A DNA stretch of 41,845 nt, from contig CAXXSM010000161.1 of NCBI GenBank assembly GCA_963663405.2, positions 1-41,845 on the forward strand, given 5' to 3'. The position numbers and the translations under genes are program-made. The notes under the pieces are model-generated. The model did no database searches, was not told the DNA's origin, and saw nothing but the letters and a program-made list of their open reading frames with translations. Below, piece after piece: positions 8,030 to 17,966 of the stretch. Numbering within the stretch: the stretch's first letter is position 1; each line of letters opens with the position of its first letter. The stretch is from a bacterium. GTDB lineage: Bacteria; Hinthialibacterota; Hinthialibacteria; Hinthialibacterales; Hinthialibacteraceae.

Positions 8030-10423
8030 CTACTCTATTTCGACAACGACTCTCTGGTATCTCGTTAATGGTGGGGCGCCGTTATCCGTTACTTCACAAA
8101 TGATATGGATGGTTTTTCCTTTTGAGGCATCGCTTGGTACAGAAAAGAAGGTATCCTGTTTATCGGCATTTGTTATCTCGATGTTGCCATCATCATAAGT
8201 GTCTGCTTCTTCATACCGCCACCAGCGGTAAGTCAATTTGTCTGCATCCGGATCCGTTGTTCCTTCTGCACTGCATTTCACTTTTACTCCCGGCTTGACT
8301 TGAAGGTTATTCGCATGAGTTAGTTTGACTACCGGAGGATGATTGGCATCTTCATAGGATTTCACACACCAGTCTGCCCGCGCCGCGAAATCATTCTGAA
8401 TTACATCAATCCAACGCCACTGGGGTTTGAGATACGCAGTGAGTTTCTCATCGTTTGGGATATCCTCCTTCACACGCTTGCGTCCCCACGCCGAATTTCC
8501 ATACCAACGGCCTTTTGGATACTCGTACCCAGGTTCCTGTACGGGATCGAGCCACGTGTTATCGCGTACATTAACAAAACGACCACCCCAACCGCCCCAG
8601 CCTGGCGATTCCGCGTTGTGCAAGCCAGTCGGTATGACGTGCAGAAACGAAGGCGAGTCACCCTCGGACCGGAAACGCCCATCATCGTGCGCTTTGTACA
8701 AGGCAAGCAGAGGACCGTGGTCCTGCAGGAGATTTTGGTTCATCCATTTCGTGGAATAGTAACGCTTCATTTCCTGAGATATCTCTCTCCTCTGATGGTC
8801 GTACGCCATAGCGATGAACTGGTCGGAAATGATTGTGGTAATGTTGTACTTTCCCCAATTTGGGCGGATATAATCTTGATAGGTTGAATCCTGTTCCCAA
8901 ATAAAATAGAATCGTATCTTGTTCGCCACATAAGCCATTTTTTCCGGGTGTTCTTCTTCTATGGTTTTGAGGGCTCTGGCGATTGTGTTAGGACCTCCCC
9001 AGGCTTGTAGCCAGATGGGGCGGTCATCCGATTCATCCAAGAGGACTTTGACTATATGCTGTGAACCAGGAGTGATTTCATCCATCTCTCCCTCTGATTT
9101 CACATTCCCTAAAAATGTGCGTTCTTGCAGATACTCCGGTGTGGGATACCGACTGTCATGCTTCACTAAATTTGGATAGACCTTTCTATAAGCGCTCAAG
9201 TAAGGTTGAATCCAATCATCCCCAGCCCAATTGTGTCTATGCGAATGATATTGAGAACTCGAAGTGACGATCCCTTCAATATCCCATTCATTGGCATAGA
9301 GTAGGAAGCGGACCATGGAACACTCGTCATCAATTTCACCGTCGGATGTGACAATGACTCGCGGTCTTTGAATTAAATTTACACTTGGTGTGTCAGAATT
9401 CTTCGAAAGGTATTTTGCCTGCCAAGCAGGATAATCTTTTTCTAGAAGTGAAGCCGCATATGAGCCATACCAACTATAACCGTTTCGCCGTTCGGCTTTG
9501 ATTTCATTGTAGTGATACTTTTTTATCCCATCTCGATCACAGAAAAACGGACGATTAGTTTCGATCTCATAGAATCTCGCCCATAGTGCCGGAGCATTGG
9601 GATCTTCAATGGCAACTCGGTCTCCTTCTTGCTTAATGAGACGAATACCGGTTATTTTTGCGGATTCATACCATTCTACGCCCTCTTGAATCGCTTGTTT
9701 GACTTCAGGGCAGGGATTATCCAAACTCATAAGCAGCCTGAGAATTGCAACACTTTCCCCGCCACTTAGGGATTCCAACTCATAGGAGCGCGCTGAACGT
9801 GGACGCAGATCCACTTCATCATGCTGAGCGCACCAGACAGTACGTTTGCCATTAACAACAATCTGAGAATTCAAAATACACTGGATGCCCTTGTCGAATG
9901 CAGACTTGGCAGCCTCTCGGTAATCGCTTGTCACAAATACATAATCGCTTGATTCGCTAACATCTCTAAGAAACATTAAAATCCGAACCATCGAATTATC
10001 GTTGAATGTGATATGTCGATGATAGCCATTACTGAGCGGGTAGAATTGAGGCCATCCGCCCGTTGGATACTGTGCGGCCAAAATGTGATCCAGCCCTTTG
10101 AGAAAAGCCTGCTTGTAGCGTGGCTCACCTGTTATGCAAAACGACCGGGCCAGAAACCGTAGTTCGCCAGTTGTAGCGCCATTGTCAAATGTTCCACTTA
10201 TTTTTTTCTTATCGCCTTTGTATGGCTGCTTGGCTGTGTCTTTATTCTTAGGCCAACTGCCGTAGGGAGATTGCCATGCGAGGATATTGTCAGCGATGCG
10301 TCGACCGTCTTCGCTTCGGAACCATTCATCGGACTTCTTTAGATAACTCGATGAAACTGTTGCTTCGGCGAAAGGTAATACTAGAAGAATCGAGACAACG
10401 ATAATTGAGAATTGCATTTTCAT
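8030..10423 (-). CDS. pelA: Secreted pectate lyase (PL10/PelA family) fused to DUF1593 (nucleoside-hydrolase-like) and a C-terminal beta domain
   Basis: Signal peptide from ATG 10423; WPKN, TFDNGAT, GGWPQFYP, ITFNDN, WCAQH, ARSYE, ERRNGY; then RVIVTSDGEIDD, WGGPNT, EGDSPSF, WGGWGGRF, DFAARADW. Confidence 0.88.
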   Translation of the reverse strand: MKMQFSIIVVSILLVLPFAEATVSSSYLKKSDEWFRSEDGRRIADNILAWQSPYGSWPKNKDTAKQPYKGDKKKISGTFDNGATTGELRFLARSFCITGEPRYKQAFLKGLDHILAAQYPTGGWPQFYPLSNGYHRHITFNDNSMVRILMFLRDVSESSDYVFVTSDYREAAKSAFDKGIQCILNSQIVVNGKRTVWCAQHDEVDLRPRSARSYELESLSGGESVAILRLLMSLDNPCPEVKQAIQEGVEWYESAKITGIRLIKQEGDRVAIEDPNAPALWARFYEIETNRPFFCDRDGIKKYHYNEIKAERRNGYSWYGSYAASLLEKDYPAWQAKYLSKNSDTPSVNLIQRPRVIVTSDGEIDDECSMVRFLLYANEWDIEGIVTSSSQYHSHRHNWAGDDWIQPYLSAYRKVYPNLVKHDSRYPTPEYLQERTFLGNVKSEGEMDEITPGSQHIVKVLLDESDDRPIWLQAWGGPNTIARALKTIEEEHPEKMAYVANKIRFYFIWEQDSTYQDYIRPNWGKYNITTIISDQFIAMAYDHQRREISQEMKRYYSTKWMNQNLLQDHGPLLALYKAHDDGRFRSEGDSPSFLHVIPTGLHNAESPGWGGWGGRFVNVRDNTWLDPVQEPGYEYPKGRWYGNSAWGRKRVKEDIPNDEKLTAYLKPQWRWIDVIQNDFAARADWCVKSYEDANHPPVVKLTHANNLQVKPGVKVKCSAEGTTDPDADKLTYRWWRYEEADTYDDGNIEITNADKQDTFFSVPSDASKGKTIHIICEVTDNGAPPLTRYQRVVVEIE

Positions 10424-10604
10424 GAAACTATCCTTTATATTTTCTATGATATTGTTTGACGATCCGCATTCAGGATAACCGCCGGCCTGTTCGACTGTGG
10501 TTCTACTTGGATAAGGAAATATTCTCACTCGATACGAATCTCCACACGGAATATTCTCAATTGAACTAATTCTTCATTAAAAACAACAAATTCTTGGAAC
10601 GCGT

Positions 10605-11588
10605 TCAATCTTCTTGAACGTTCATTTTATCAATCGCAACGGCAAGCAAGATTACCATTCCTTTAATGACGAGCTGCCAGTTGGGAGAGACATTCAGCAA
10701 TGTCAGACTGTTGTTCAACACGCCGATGATTAAACATCCGAAAACTGTACCTAGAATTGATCCCCGGCCGCCGGAAAGTGATGTGCCCCCGATCACAACC
10801 GCCGCAATTGAATCTAACTCATAGCCGATCCCGGCATTGGGCTGGGCGGAATCCAGTCTTGCAGTAACGAGAATGCCACCAACAGCGGATAGAACACCGG
10901 CCAATGAATACACCCATAATTTCACCTGGTTCACATTCACTCCGGATAAATGCGCAGCCTGTTCATTCCCACCGACAGCAAAAATATATCTTCCCAATTG
11001 TGTATGTAAGGTAAATACGATAAATAGAATTATTAAAATACCCGAAATCCATACGGGGAGAGGGAATCCAATCACGGGATCATATCCTGTCCCGATTTCC
11101 ACAAACGTATCCCCTAATCCAGTAATGGGAAAACCACCTGTCCATAACCGGGTTAAACCTCTCGCGACACTTAGCATTCCCAGCGTTGCTACAAAAGGCG
11201 GAATGCTTAACTGAGTAATCATGATACCATTAAAAAGTCCAAGTAAACCGCCAACCAGCAATCCTCCGATAATTGCGCCATGAACTGTGAACTCAATAAA
11301 TAGGTTAAGTGATGGAACGCCAACTCCATTTTTTAAAAATCCGGCTGTAATGGCCCCTGATAAAGCGAGAATAGAACCAACGGAAAGATCAATCCCCCCG
11401 GTTAGAATGACCAATGTCATACCAATAGATAGACACAAATTGATCGATATTTGACGCAAAATATTCCAACCATTATCGACCGTCAAAAAACTCGGATGCA
11501 AGAAACTCATGATGAGAACCATGAGCAACAGCGCAATTCCGGATTGGAAACGCGTAAGCGTATTTTTTATGGATAGTTTCTGATGCAT
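10605..11588 (-). CDS. Monosaccharide ABC transporter permease (RbsC-like), probably for apiose
   Basis: TGGIDLSVGS, PPFVATLG, GGNEQAAHLSG, YELDSIAAVVIGGTSLSGG. Confidence 0.93.
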   Translation of the reverse strand: MHQKLSIKNTLTRFQSGIALLLMVLIMSFLHPSFLTVDNGWNILRQISINLCLSIGMTLVILTGGIDLSVGSILALSGAITAGFLKNGVGVPSLNLFIEFTVHGAIIGGLLVGGLLGLFNGIMITQLSIPPFVATLGMLSVARGLTRLWTGGFPITGLGDTFVEIGTGYDPVIGFPLPVWISGILIILFIVFTLHTQLGRYIFAVGGNEQAAHLSGVNVNQVKLWVYSLAGVLSAVGGILVTARLDSAQPNAGIGYELDSIAAVVIGGTSLSGGRGSILGTVFGCLIIGVLNNSLTLLNVSPNWQLVIKGMVILLAVAIDKMNVQED

Positions 11589-12253
11589 TAAAGGCCTTTT
11601 TCAATCTTCAAAGTAATCGGAATTAGTTTTAATGGATGCAGGTCTGTGTCTTCATCAAGAATTTCACAACAGCCTACAAAATGTACGCGGTCTCCGAGAG
11701 AAACATTGTCCTTAAATGGCGGCAGCACTTCATTTTCGACAATTTTATTTAAATTCATGGATATTCGATTGAATTGCTGCGAGTTTGGAAAATCACTTAC
11801 ATTGAGTTGATTGCTCCCATTCCGAATGGCGTTTCCAAAAATTTTCCCCGTCATGATTCGAACATCCGGATTTAGATTCTCTTGCTGCAGAACAACAGCA
11901 ACAGCATCTTCATCAATCGATTTCACATAACCGGTCCCCTTCAGATAATAATAATATACACTGCCAATGCCAATTGTATTAGAGTATTGTTCCTTTGCTT
12001 GATCTGGATCATTCTTAATCAATGGCGCCAGTGTCTGAATAGAGACCGCCTGATCAATGGATTGCAGTAGTTGATTTTTCCAAAAATCCTTCGAAAATTC
12101 TTCTGGATCAAACTGTTCCATCTTTTGTTTCCGCTCAATCTCGTCCAATTTGTGAATGTGAAATAGCGGGAACATATAGCCAACAAAGGCAAGCAACAAA
12201 ACCGCCGATATCCATCGAATATAAACCATTAAATCTCTATTCCTTTTTCCCAT
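11588..12253 (-). CDS. DUF2291 family periplasmic/membrane-anchored protein
   Basis: N-terminal TM helix; [11 protein letters not shown]...[16 protein letters not shown] motif; lies between SBP and permease. Confidence 0.8.
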   Translation of the reverse strand: MGKRNRDLMVYIRWISAVLLLAFVGYMFPLFHIHKLDEIERKQKMEQFDPEEFSKDFWKNQLLQSIDQAVSIQTLAPLIKNDPDQAKEQYSNTIGIGSVYYYYLKGTGYVKSIDEDAVAVVLQQENLNPDVRIMTGKIFGNAIRNGSNQLNVSDFPNSQQFNRISMNLNKIVENEVLPPFKDNVSLGDRVHFVGCCEILDEDTDLHPLKLIPITLKIEKGL

Positions 12254-13175
12254 AGGCTTCGTATTTTTTTATATTCTCTTGAGTGACCAATTCAACGATA
12301 ACCGGCACTTTTTGTTGAAAATCACGTTTCCCACCCAAGTATTTATGCGCTCCTTCCGCTGCCATTTTCGCCATTAGTTTTGGGAACTGCATCACGGTTG
12401 CAACAATTTTCTTTTCCATAATTGAATTAATAACATCTCCCGCGCCATCAAATCCAAATACTTTCACATCTTTATCTTTGCCTGCCGAGGCCAACGCCTG
12501 ATAGGCTCCCATTGCCATCGCATCGTTTCCACAAAAAACGGCTTGAATGTCAGGATGGGCTTGTAATAAACTCTCCATGATTTCAAGCGCTTTGGTTCGA
12601 TCGAAATCGGCCGATTGTTGGGCTACCATTTTTAAATCAGGATATTGATCGACAACGCTGTGAAAACCATTGGAGCGGTTAAACGTATTGTTGTCTCCTA
12701 CCAAACCGAGCAATTCAATGTAATTCCCCTTTTTAACTGTTTTTACAAAATACTGGCCTAATGCGACACAACCGGAATAATTATCAGAAAGGTATTGCGC
12801 AACAGCGGCATTTGTGGAATTGATTTCCCGGTCCATACAAAATACGGGGATTCCGGCCTTTTTCGCTTTTTGCGCATTGCCAATCGAGCCATCCGCATCC
12901 GTTGGATTGAATAGAACCGCACGATAACCTGCGGCGATAACATTTTCAAAGTGTTCTGTTTCCTTGGCTGTATCGTTCATTGAGTCAAAGATGGTGACGT
13001 CGTAACCAAGCGCCTCCGATTCTTCTTTTGCCGTTTCCGCCAGGACAACAAACCAGGGATTGTTTAACGTGGAAACAATGACCGCAACCTGGTTGGTTTC
13101 GGGAGCCTGATTTCCACAACCAGCAAACGTGAGTAATCCAATTGCTAAAACGAGAAAAAGTGTATACCGATTCAT
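12237..13175 (-). CDS. Sugar ABC transporter substrate-binding lipoprotein (RbsB-like, probably D-apiose)
   Basis: Lipobox FAGC; [32 protein letters not shown]; ATG 13175 follows GGGGAG. Confidence 0.9.
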   Translation of the reverse strand: MNRYTLFLVLAIGLLTFAGCGNQAPETNQVAVIVSTLNNPWFVVLAETAKEESEALGYDVTIFDSMNDTAKETEHFENVIAAGYRAVLFNPTDADGSIGNAQKAKKAGIPVFCMDREINSTNAAVAQYLSDNYSGCVALGQYFVKTVKKGNYIELLGLVGDNNTFNRSNGFHSVVDQYPDLKMVAQQSADFDRTKALEIMESLLQAHPDIQAVFCGNDAMAMGAYQALASAGKDKDVKVFGFDGAGDVINSIMEKKIVATVMQFPKLMAKMAAEGAHKYLGGKRDFQQKVPVIVELVTQENIKKYEAYGKKE

Positions 13176-13205
13176 TGTTATGTCTCCCCTTTTTTTAAGC
13201 ATGAA

Positions 13206-14690
13206 TTAGCCGAGTACGCGTTGTACCGCTGTTTTCCATCCCTTATAGTACGTGTCTGCTTTTGATGAATCCATGGAGGCTTGATAGCGTGTTAATTCTC
13301 TTGGAAATGCAGCCATATCGTTTAACGACGAATATACGCCACTGCCTAACATTCCCATCATAAAGGCGCCCAAGGGTGATAAGGCGGGATCGTTGGATAC
13401 CTGCAAATCCAGTCCCGCAATATCCGATGTAAATTGCATTAAAAATTGATTTGTCGATGCCCCCCCATCCGCATGGATGGACTGTAAACTGACACCGGAA
13501 TCGTTTTTCATCATATCCAATACATCGCGAATCTGATAAGCAATTGATTCAAGAGCCGCCCTGACAATATGATTCTTTGTACTATGGGCAGAGAGTCCAA
13601 CAATGGCCGCTCGAGCTTCGGGATTCCAATAGGGAGCGCTCAATCCAGCAAATGCCGGGACCAAGTAAACACCGCCATTGTCGCTTACGGCTAGAGCAAG
13701 TGTTTCTGTCTCTTGCGGATCGTCAATCAACTTCATTTGATTCTTCAACCAGGAGATCGTAGCGGCGCTGTAATTGATAATCCCCTCAAATGAATAGGTT
13801 ACTTTGTCATCATAACACCAGGCAATGGTTGTCATCGCGCCGCTATCCGTCAATTTGAAATCCGATCCGATATTCAACAATACAGATGATCCAGTTCCAA
13901 ACGTCGATTTGATCATGCCCGGCTCAAAACAACGCTGAGCGAATAGGGATGCCTGAGAATCACCCATGACACCGTATATTGGGATTTTATAGCTTAGCAA
14001 TCCATCGATATCCGTTTCACCATACTTGGCAGTGCTTTCCAGAATGGCTGGAAGGGATTGTATTGGAACATTGAACAATTGGCATAATGTTTCATCCCAT
14101 TCCAAGTTGACAATATCGTAGAGCAGTGTCCGGCTTGCATTGGTGAAATCGGTTGCAAAAGTATGGCCCTGCGTTAGTTTATAGATCAAATACGTGTCAA
14201 TAGTCCCAACAATGGCTTCTCCGCGCGATAGTTTATTTTTAATTTCTTCTTGATTGGCTAGCAACCATTTCAATTTCGAAGCAGAAAAGTATGTATCGAT
14301 TTTTAAACCGGTTTTTTGACGAATCAGGTCATGATACCCATCGTCAATCAACTGGCGGCAAATGGGATCGCCCCGCCTGCATTGCCATACAATAGCGTTA
14401 TAGAGGGGGGCTCCCGTTTCTTTATCGAAGACAAGAATTGTTTCCCGTTGGTTGGTGATACTTAAAAACGCGATTTCGTTTACTCGGTTGGAATTTCTTT
14501 TTAGTAACAATTGGATGGCTTTTTTGGTATTCGACCAGATTTCGATTGGATCGTGCTCCACCCAACCGGGTTTTGGATAGATCTGCTGATGATCTAGCGA
14601 TTCAGAATCCAGGCAATTCCCATTATCACCATACAGGAGCGCTTTAGTCGCTGAGGTGCTTTGATCGATCGTTAAAAAAGTTTTCATCAT
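13206..14690 (-). CDS. aplK: FGGY/glycerol-kinase family sugar kinase, probably apulose kinase
   Basis: IDQSTSATK, PGWVEHDP, ITNQRET, WQCRR, GDSQASL, TFGTG, ADGG; function assigned from context. Confidence 0.75.
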   Translation of the reverse strand: MMKTFLTIDQSTSATKALLYGDNGNCLDSESLDHQQIYPKPGWVEHDPIEIWSNTKKAIQLLLKRNSNRVNEIAFLSITNQRETILVFDKETGAPLYNAIVWQCRRGDPICRQLIDDGYHDLIRQKTGLKIDTYFSASKLKWLLANQEEIKNKLSRGEAIVGTIDTYLIYKLTQGHTFATDFTNASRTLLYDIVNLEWDETLCQLFNVPIQSLPAILESTAKYGETDIDGLLSYKIPIYGVMGDSQASLFAQRCFEPGMIKSTFGTGSSVLLNIGSDFKLTDSGAMTTIAWCYDDKVTYSFEGIINYSAATISWLKNQMKLIDDPQETETLALAVSDNGGVYLVPAFAGLSAPYWNPEARAAIVGLSAHSTKNHIVRAALESIAYQIRDVLDMMKNDSGVSLQSIHADGGASTNQFLMQFTSDIAGLDLQVSNDPALSPLGAFMMGMLGSGVYSSLNDMAAFPRELTRYQASMDSSKADTYYKGWKTAVQRVLG

Positions 14691-14696
14691 CGATTC

Positions 14697-15659
14697 TCAC
14701 CATTTCGAAAGCAATGATTTGGCGATCCCCGCCAATCCTTTTCCGCTTATATCATAATGCGAAAAGATTTCTAGTTGCTTGCCGGTAATGGTATATTCAT
14801 CCGGTATGCCTACGATTTTAAAAGGCAATGATAATCCAGTTTGCAACAGAACCGATGCGCACGCTTCACCTAAACCGCCAAAAATACTATGTTCCTCGAC
14901 GGTCACGATGGCTTTGCATTCCCGCGCAGTTTTAAGTAAACATTCCCGATCCAAAGGTTTGATTGTATGCATGCTGATCACGCGTGCTTGTATTCCATTC
15001 GTTGATAATAATTCGGCCGCTTCGGCCGCCTGGTACACAGTTTCACCACAGGCGACAAAAGCAACATCACTTCCATCTCGAATTTGAATGGCTTTTCCAA
15101 TTTGAAAAGGTGTCTCCGGATCGACGAGGTGTTCCATAGGACGTTTCCCAAGCCGAACATATACGGGATGCTCTGTTTTCGCTGCGGCGAGTATAGCCTG
15201 CTGTGTCTCAAAGTTATCTGCGGGAGCGATAATATCGATGTTATGGATTGCCCTAAGCGCGGCAAAATCATGAATCGCATGGTGGGTTGATCCTAATGCG
15301 CCATAACTTACTCCCGCGCTGATCCCAATCACTTTTACTGGATTATCTGAATAGGCAGCGTCATTCTTTATCTGTTCCAACGCTCTAGCCGTTAAAAAAC
15401 AAGCCGGTGAGACGACAAACACAATTTTGCCTGTTGAAGCCAAACCGGCGGCGATTCCAACCAGGTTTTGTTCTGCAATTCCAACTTCAATAATTCGATC
15501 CGGAAACGCATCGCCAAAGGATACTAAGCGCCCAGAGCCTCTTGAATCACTCGTCACCACATAAACCGATTTATCCCGTTCCGCCAACTCCTGAACAGTG
15601 GCTGAAAATATTTTTAGATTTTCGGTTCCTAATTCAAACTGTTTCATCTTTATTGCCAA
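14697..15659 (-). CDS. aptB: Transketolase C-terminal subunit, probably apulose-4-phosphate transketolase B
   Basis: GIAEQN, GSTHH, TIKPLD, VEEHSIFGGLG. Confidence 0.78.
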   Translation of the reverse strand: MAIKMKQFELGTENLKIFSATVQELAERDKSVYVVTSDSRGSGRLVSFGDAFPDRIIEVGIAEQNLVGIAAGLASTGKIVFVVSPACFLTARALEQIKNDAAYSDNPVKVIGISAGVSYGALGSTHHAIHDFAALRAIHNIDIIAPADNFETQQAILAAAKTEHPVYVRLGKRPMEHLVDPETPFQIGKAIQIRDGSDVAFVACGETVYQAAEAAELLSTNGIQARVISMHTIKPLDRECLLKTARECKAIVTVEEHSIFGGLGEACASVLLQTGLSLPFKIVGIPDEYTITGKQLEIFSHYDISGKGLAGIAKSLLSKW

Positions 15660-15666
15660 TCATTTT

Positions 15667-16479
15667 CTATGTATCTTCTAATTCTTTCATCGCTAAATCA
15701 AATTGTTCGTCACTTGGAACTTTGTGATGCCAGTTGGCGATGTTCTCAATGAATGAAATCCCTTTTCCTTTTACTGTATTTGCGATAAGCAAACTAGGCC
15801 TAGATTTCTCGAACGGAACGGATTGCAATGTGCGTTCCATCGCATCGAAGTCATGTCCGTCAACACACTGAACCAACCAACCAAACGCTTCAAATTTTTG
15901 GACTAACGGTTCTGTGTTACAGACATCTTTTGTTTTCCCCGTTATTTGTAATGCATTCCGATCGACAATCGCTATTAGATTATCCAGATCGTAATGAGAA
16001 GCGGTTAACGCCGCTTCCCAATTGGATCCTTCCACCAATTCCCCATCGCCCAACAATGTAAAAACGCGGTAATTCAAGCGGTCTTTCTTCCCAGCGATGG
16101 CAAGCCCAACACTGATGGACAACCCATGTCCCAACGCGCCGGTATTTTGTTCGATCCCATGAACTTTTCGAGTGGGATGCCCTACATAATGGGATTGGTA
16201 TTGACAGAGAGTTTCGAGATCGGATTCGGGGAAAAATCCCCGGTCCGCTAACACAACGTATAGCGCTTCTACAGAATGACCTTTGCTTTGAATGTACCGG
16301 TCTCGATTAGGATCAGAAAACTTTTCCGGACTGACGTTTAATATTCTGTTATAAAGAACGTTCAAGATATCGATACACGAAAGCGAACCACCGGTGTGTC
16401 CGGCATTTGCTTTTTTGATATAGGTTAAGATTTTCTTCCGGTATTCAATCGATTTTTTTTGAATTTCGATTCTCTGCAT
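15667..16479 (-). CDS. aptA: Transketolase N-terminal subunit, probably apulose-4-phosphate transketolase A
   Basis: GHTGGSLS, SKGH, TGALGHG, TPP motif GDGE...N, KGKG. Confidence 0.78.
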   Translation of the reverse strand: MQRIEIQKKSIEYRKKILTYIKKANAGHTGGSLSCIDILNVLYNRILNVSPEKFSDPNRDRYIQSKGHSVEALYVVLADRGFFPESDLETLCQYQSHYVGHPTRKVHGIEQNTGALGHGLSISVGLAIAGKKDRLNYRVFTLLGDGELVEGSNWEAALTASHYDLDNLIAIVDRNALQITGKTKDVCNTEPLVQKFEAFGWLVQCVDGHDFDAMERTLQSVPFEKSRPSLLIANTVKGKGISFIENIANWHHKVPSDEQFDLAMKELEDT

Positions 16480-16495
16480 GGCTGGATTTCTCGGA

Positions 16496-17911
16496 CTATT
16501 CAGATTGCAAATGATAGTACGTTTCCCATTTCAGATACGTCTCAAAAACTTCTGATAATACTCGCGCCGAATGTGAAAGATTGATAGCGACATGATGTTC
16601 GAAACCTTCCTTACACACATATCGCATCAACGATTGTAACTGTGGGATATGGGCGACTGCGCGGCTGCCAAACGTATCCAAAGAGTCATCCGTTAATACG
16701 CCCTCTCCGAAATAGGTTCGAATGCATCCTTGAGTATCATCCGTCGATACACGGCAAAATGTTAGAGGGCCTGCCGGTGTACGTCCTACCAACGCCCCGT
16801 GGGTTGTATCTTTTCCAATAATCGTTTCCAGAATCGGAGCGGTCGCGATTTTTGGATTTGGAAGGTACGTTTTCGCCCAATTTCCACAGTGGAATAATAC
16901 GCATTTGTCAGCCTCCCCTCCATAATTGTTGTTCCAATCGGCTAAGGCGCTGGGAATACCGGAAGCCAATTGCATGGCATACATCCCAACCACACCGGAA
17001 ATATCCACTTCACAACCACTTGGCATGAATTTCTCACTCATCATACTCATCAATGTACAGGCATTCACACCAAAATTTTGTTGTAACGATGTCCAGCACT
17101 GAAACGCCGTCGCGTCTAAATCCAGTTCTTCCATCCAGTCAGTTGTTACAACCAGCAATTTGGCCATCGCCGATATGGACGCTTGCGGTACGTCTCCCGC
17201 ATTGGCGTATGCATTAATTTCGTCGAGTTTCGCACTCACTTTCGGATCGTCATTATCCAATTTCTGGATTTGCCCAAGAAGTTCAGACAAATCAATTGTA
17301 TTGACTGTAATCCCAGCTGCTTGGAACAGTTTCTCGCTATAGCGAACGGTGTTGAACGCATTCGGCCGTGCGCCAATTGCCCCAAGTCTTGCTTTCCTGA
17401 GTCCATTAACCGTTCGGCAAACGGAGATAAATCCGCGCAAATCATCCTTAAATGAATCGCTCAAGGGATGAACCGTATGCTCGCGCGTCAATGAGAACGG
17501 GAATCCATATTGCCGCAGGTTATTGCATACAGAAATTTTACCACAAAACGCATCCCGGCGCCGTTCTACATTCAAACCGTCTAATTCGTCGGGATACGCT
17601 TGTACGAATATAGGGACATCCAATTCAGAAAGTTTCAGTGTGTCGGCGATCCCTTTCTCATCACCGAAATTTGGCAAGCAAATCAACACTCCTTCGATTT
17701 CACTTTTCTGTTTTTTAAAGAGTTCGGCGCATTGATTCGCGTGATTCCATGTCTCAACAGAACCAAGTTTCGTTTGATCGTCACTCAACCAAATTGGCCG
17801 GATATCGAATTCTTCAAACAGTTTTATTAAATCTCTACGGGCTTCACTGATGAGTATATCAGGGAAGAAATCTCGATTTCCAATAATGACCGCCAACGTA
17901 AATCGGGACAT
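16496..17911 (-). CDS. L-fucose/L-arabinose isomerase family protein (putative apiose isomerase)
   Basis: PNFGDE, RRDAFCGKIS, CEVD, FHCGN, GFEHHVA. Confidence 0.82.
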   Translation of the reverse strand: MSRFTLAVIIGNRDFFPDILISEARRDLIKLFEEFDIRPIWLSDDQTKLGSVETWNHANQCAELFKKQKSEIEGVLICLPNFGDEKGIADTLKLSELDVPIFVQAYPDELDGLNVERRRDAFCGKISVCNNLRQYGFPFSLTREHTVHPLSDSFKDDLRGFISVCRTVNGLRKARLGAIGARPNAFNTVRYSEKLFQAAGITVNTIDLSELLGQIQKLDNDDPKVSAKLDEINAYANAGDVPQASISAMAKLLVVTTDWMEELDLDATAFQCWTSLQQNFGVNACTLMSMMSEKFMPSGCEVDISGVVGMYAMQLASGIPSALADWNNNYGGEADKCVLFHCGNWAKTYLPNPKIATAPILETIIGKDTTHGALVGRTPAGPLTFCRVSTDDTQGCIRTYFGEGVLTDDSLDTFGSRAVAHIPQLQSLMRYVCKEGFEHHVAINLSHSARVLSEVFETYLKWETYYHLQSE

Positions 17912-17966
17912 TGGATACTCCTATTATCAATTTAGAATTTCACCAGATAATGTGTTGAACATAGAA

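Noticed and set aside
10605-14690. Ordinary ribose transporter and glycerol kinase (rbsBC, glpK)
   Set aside because: No rbsK, rbsD, glpD or glpF; the context of split transketolase, isomerase, DUF2291 and GH140-like genes points to apiose
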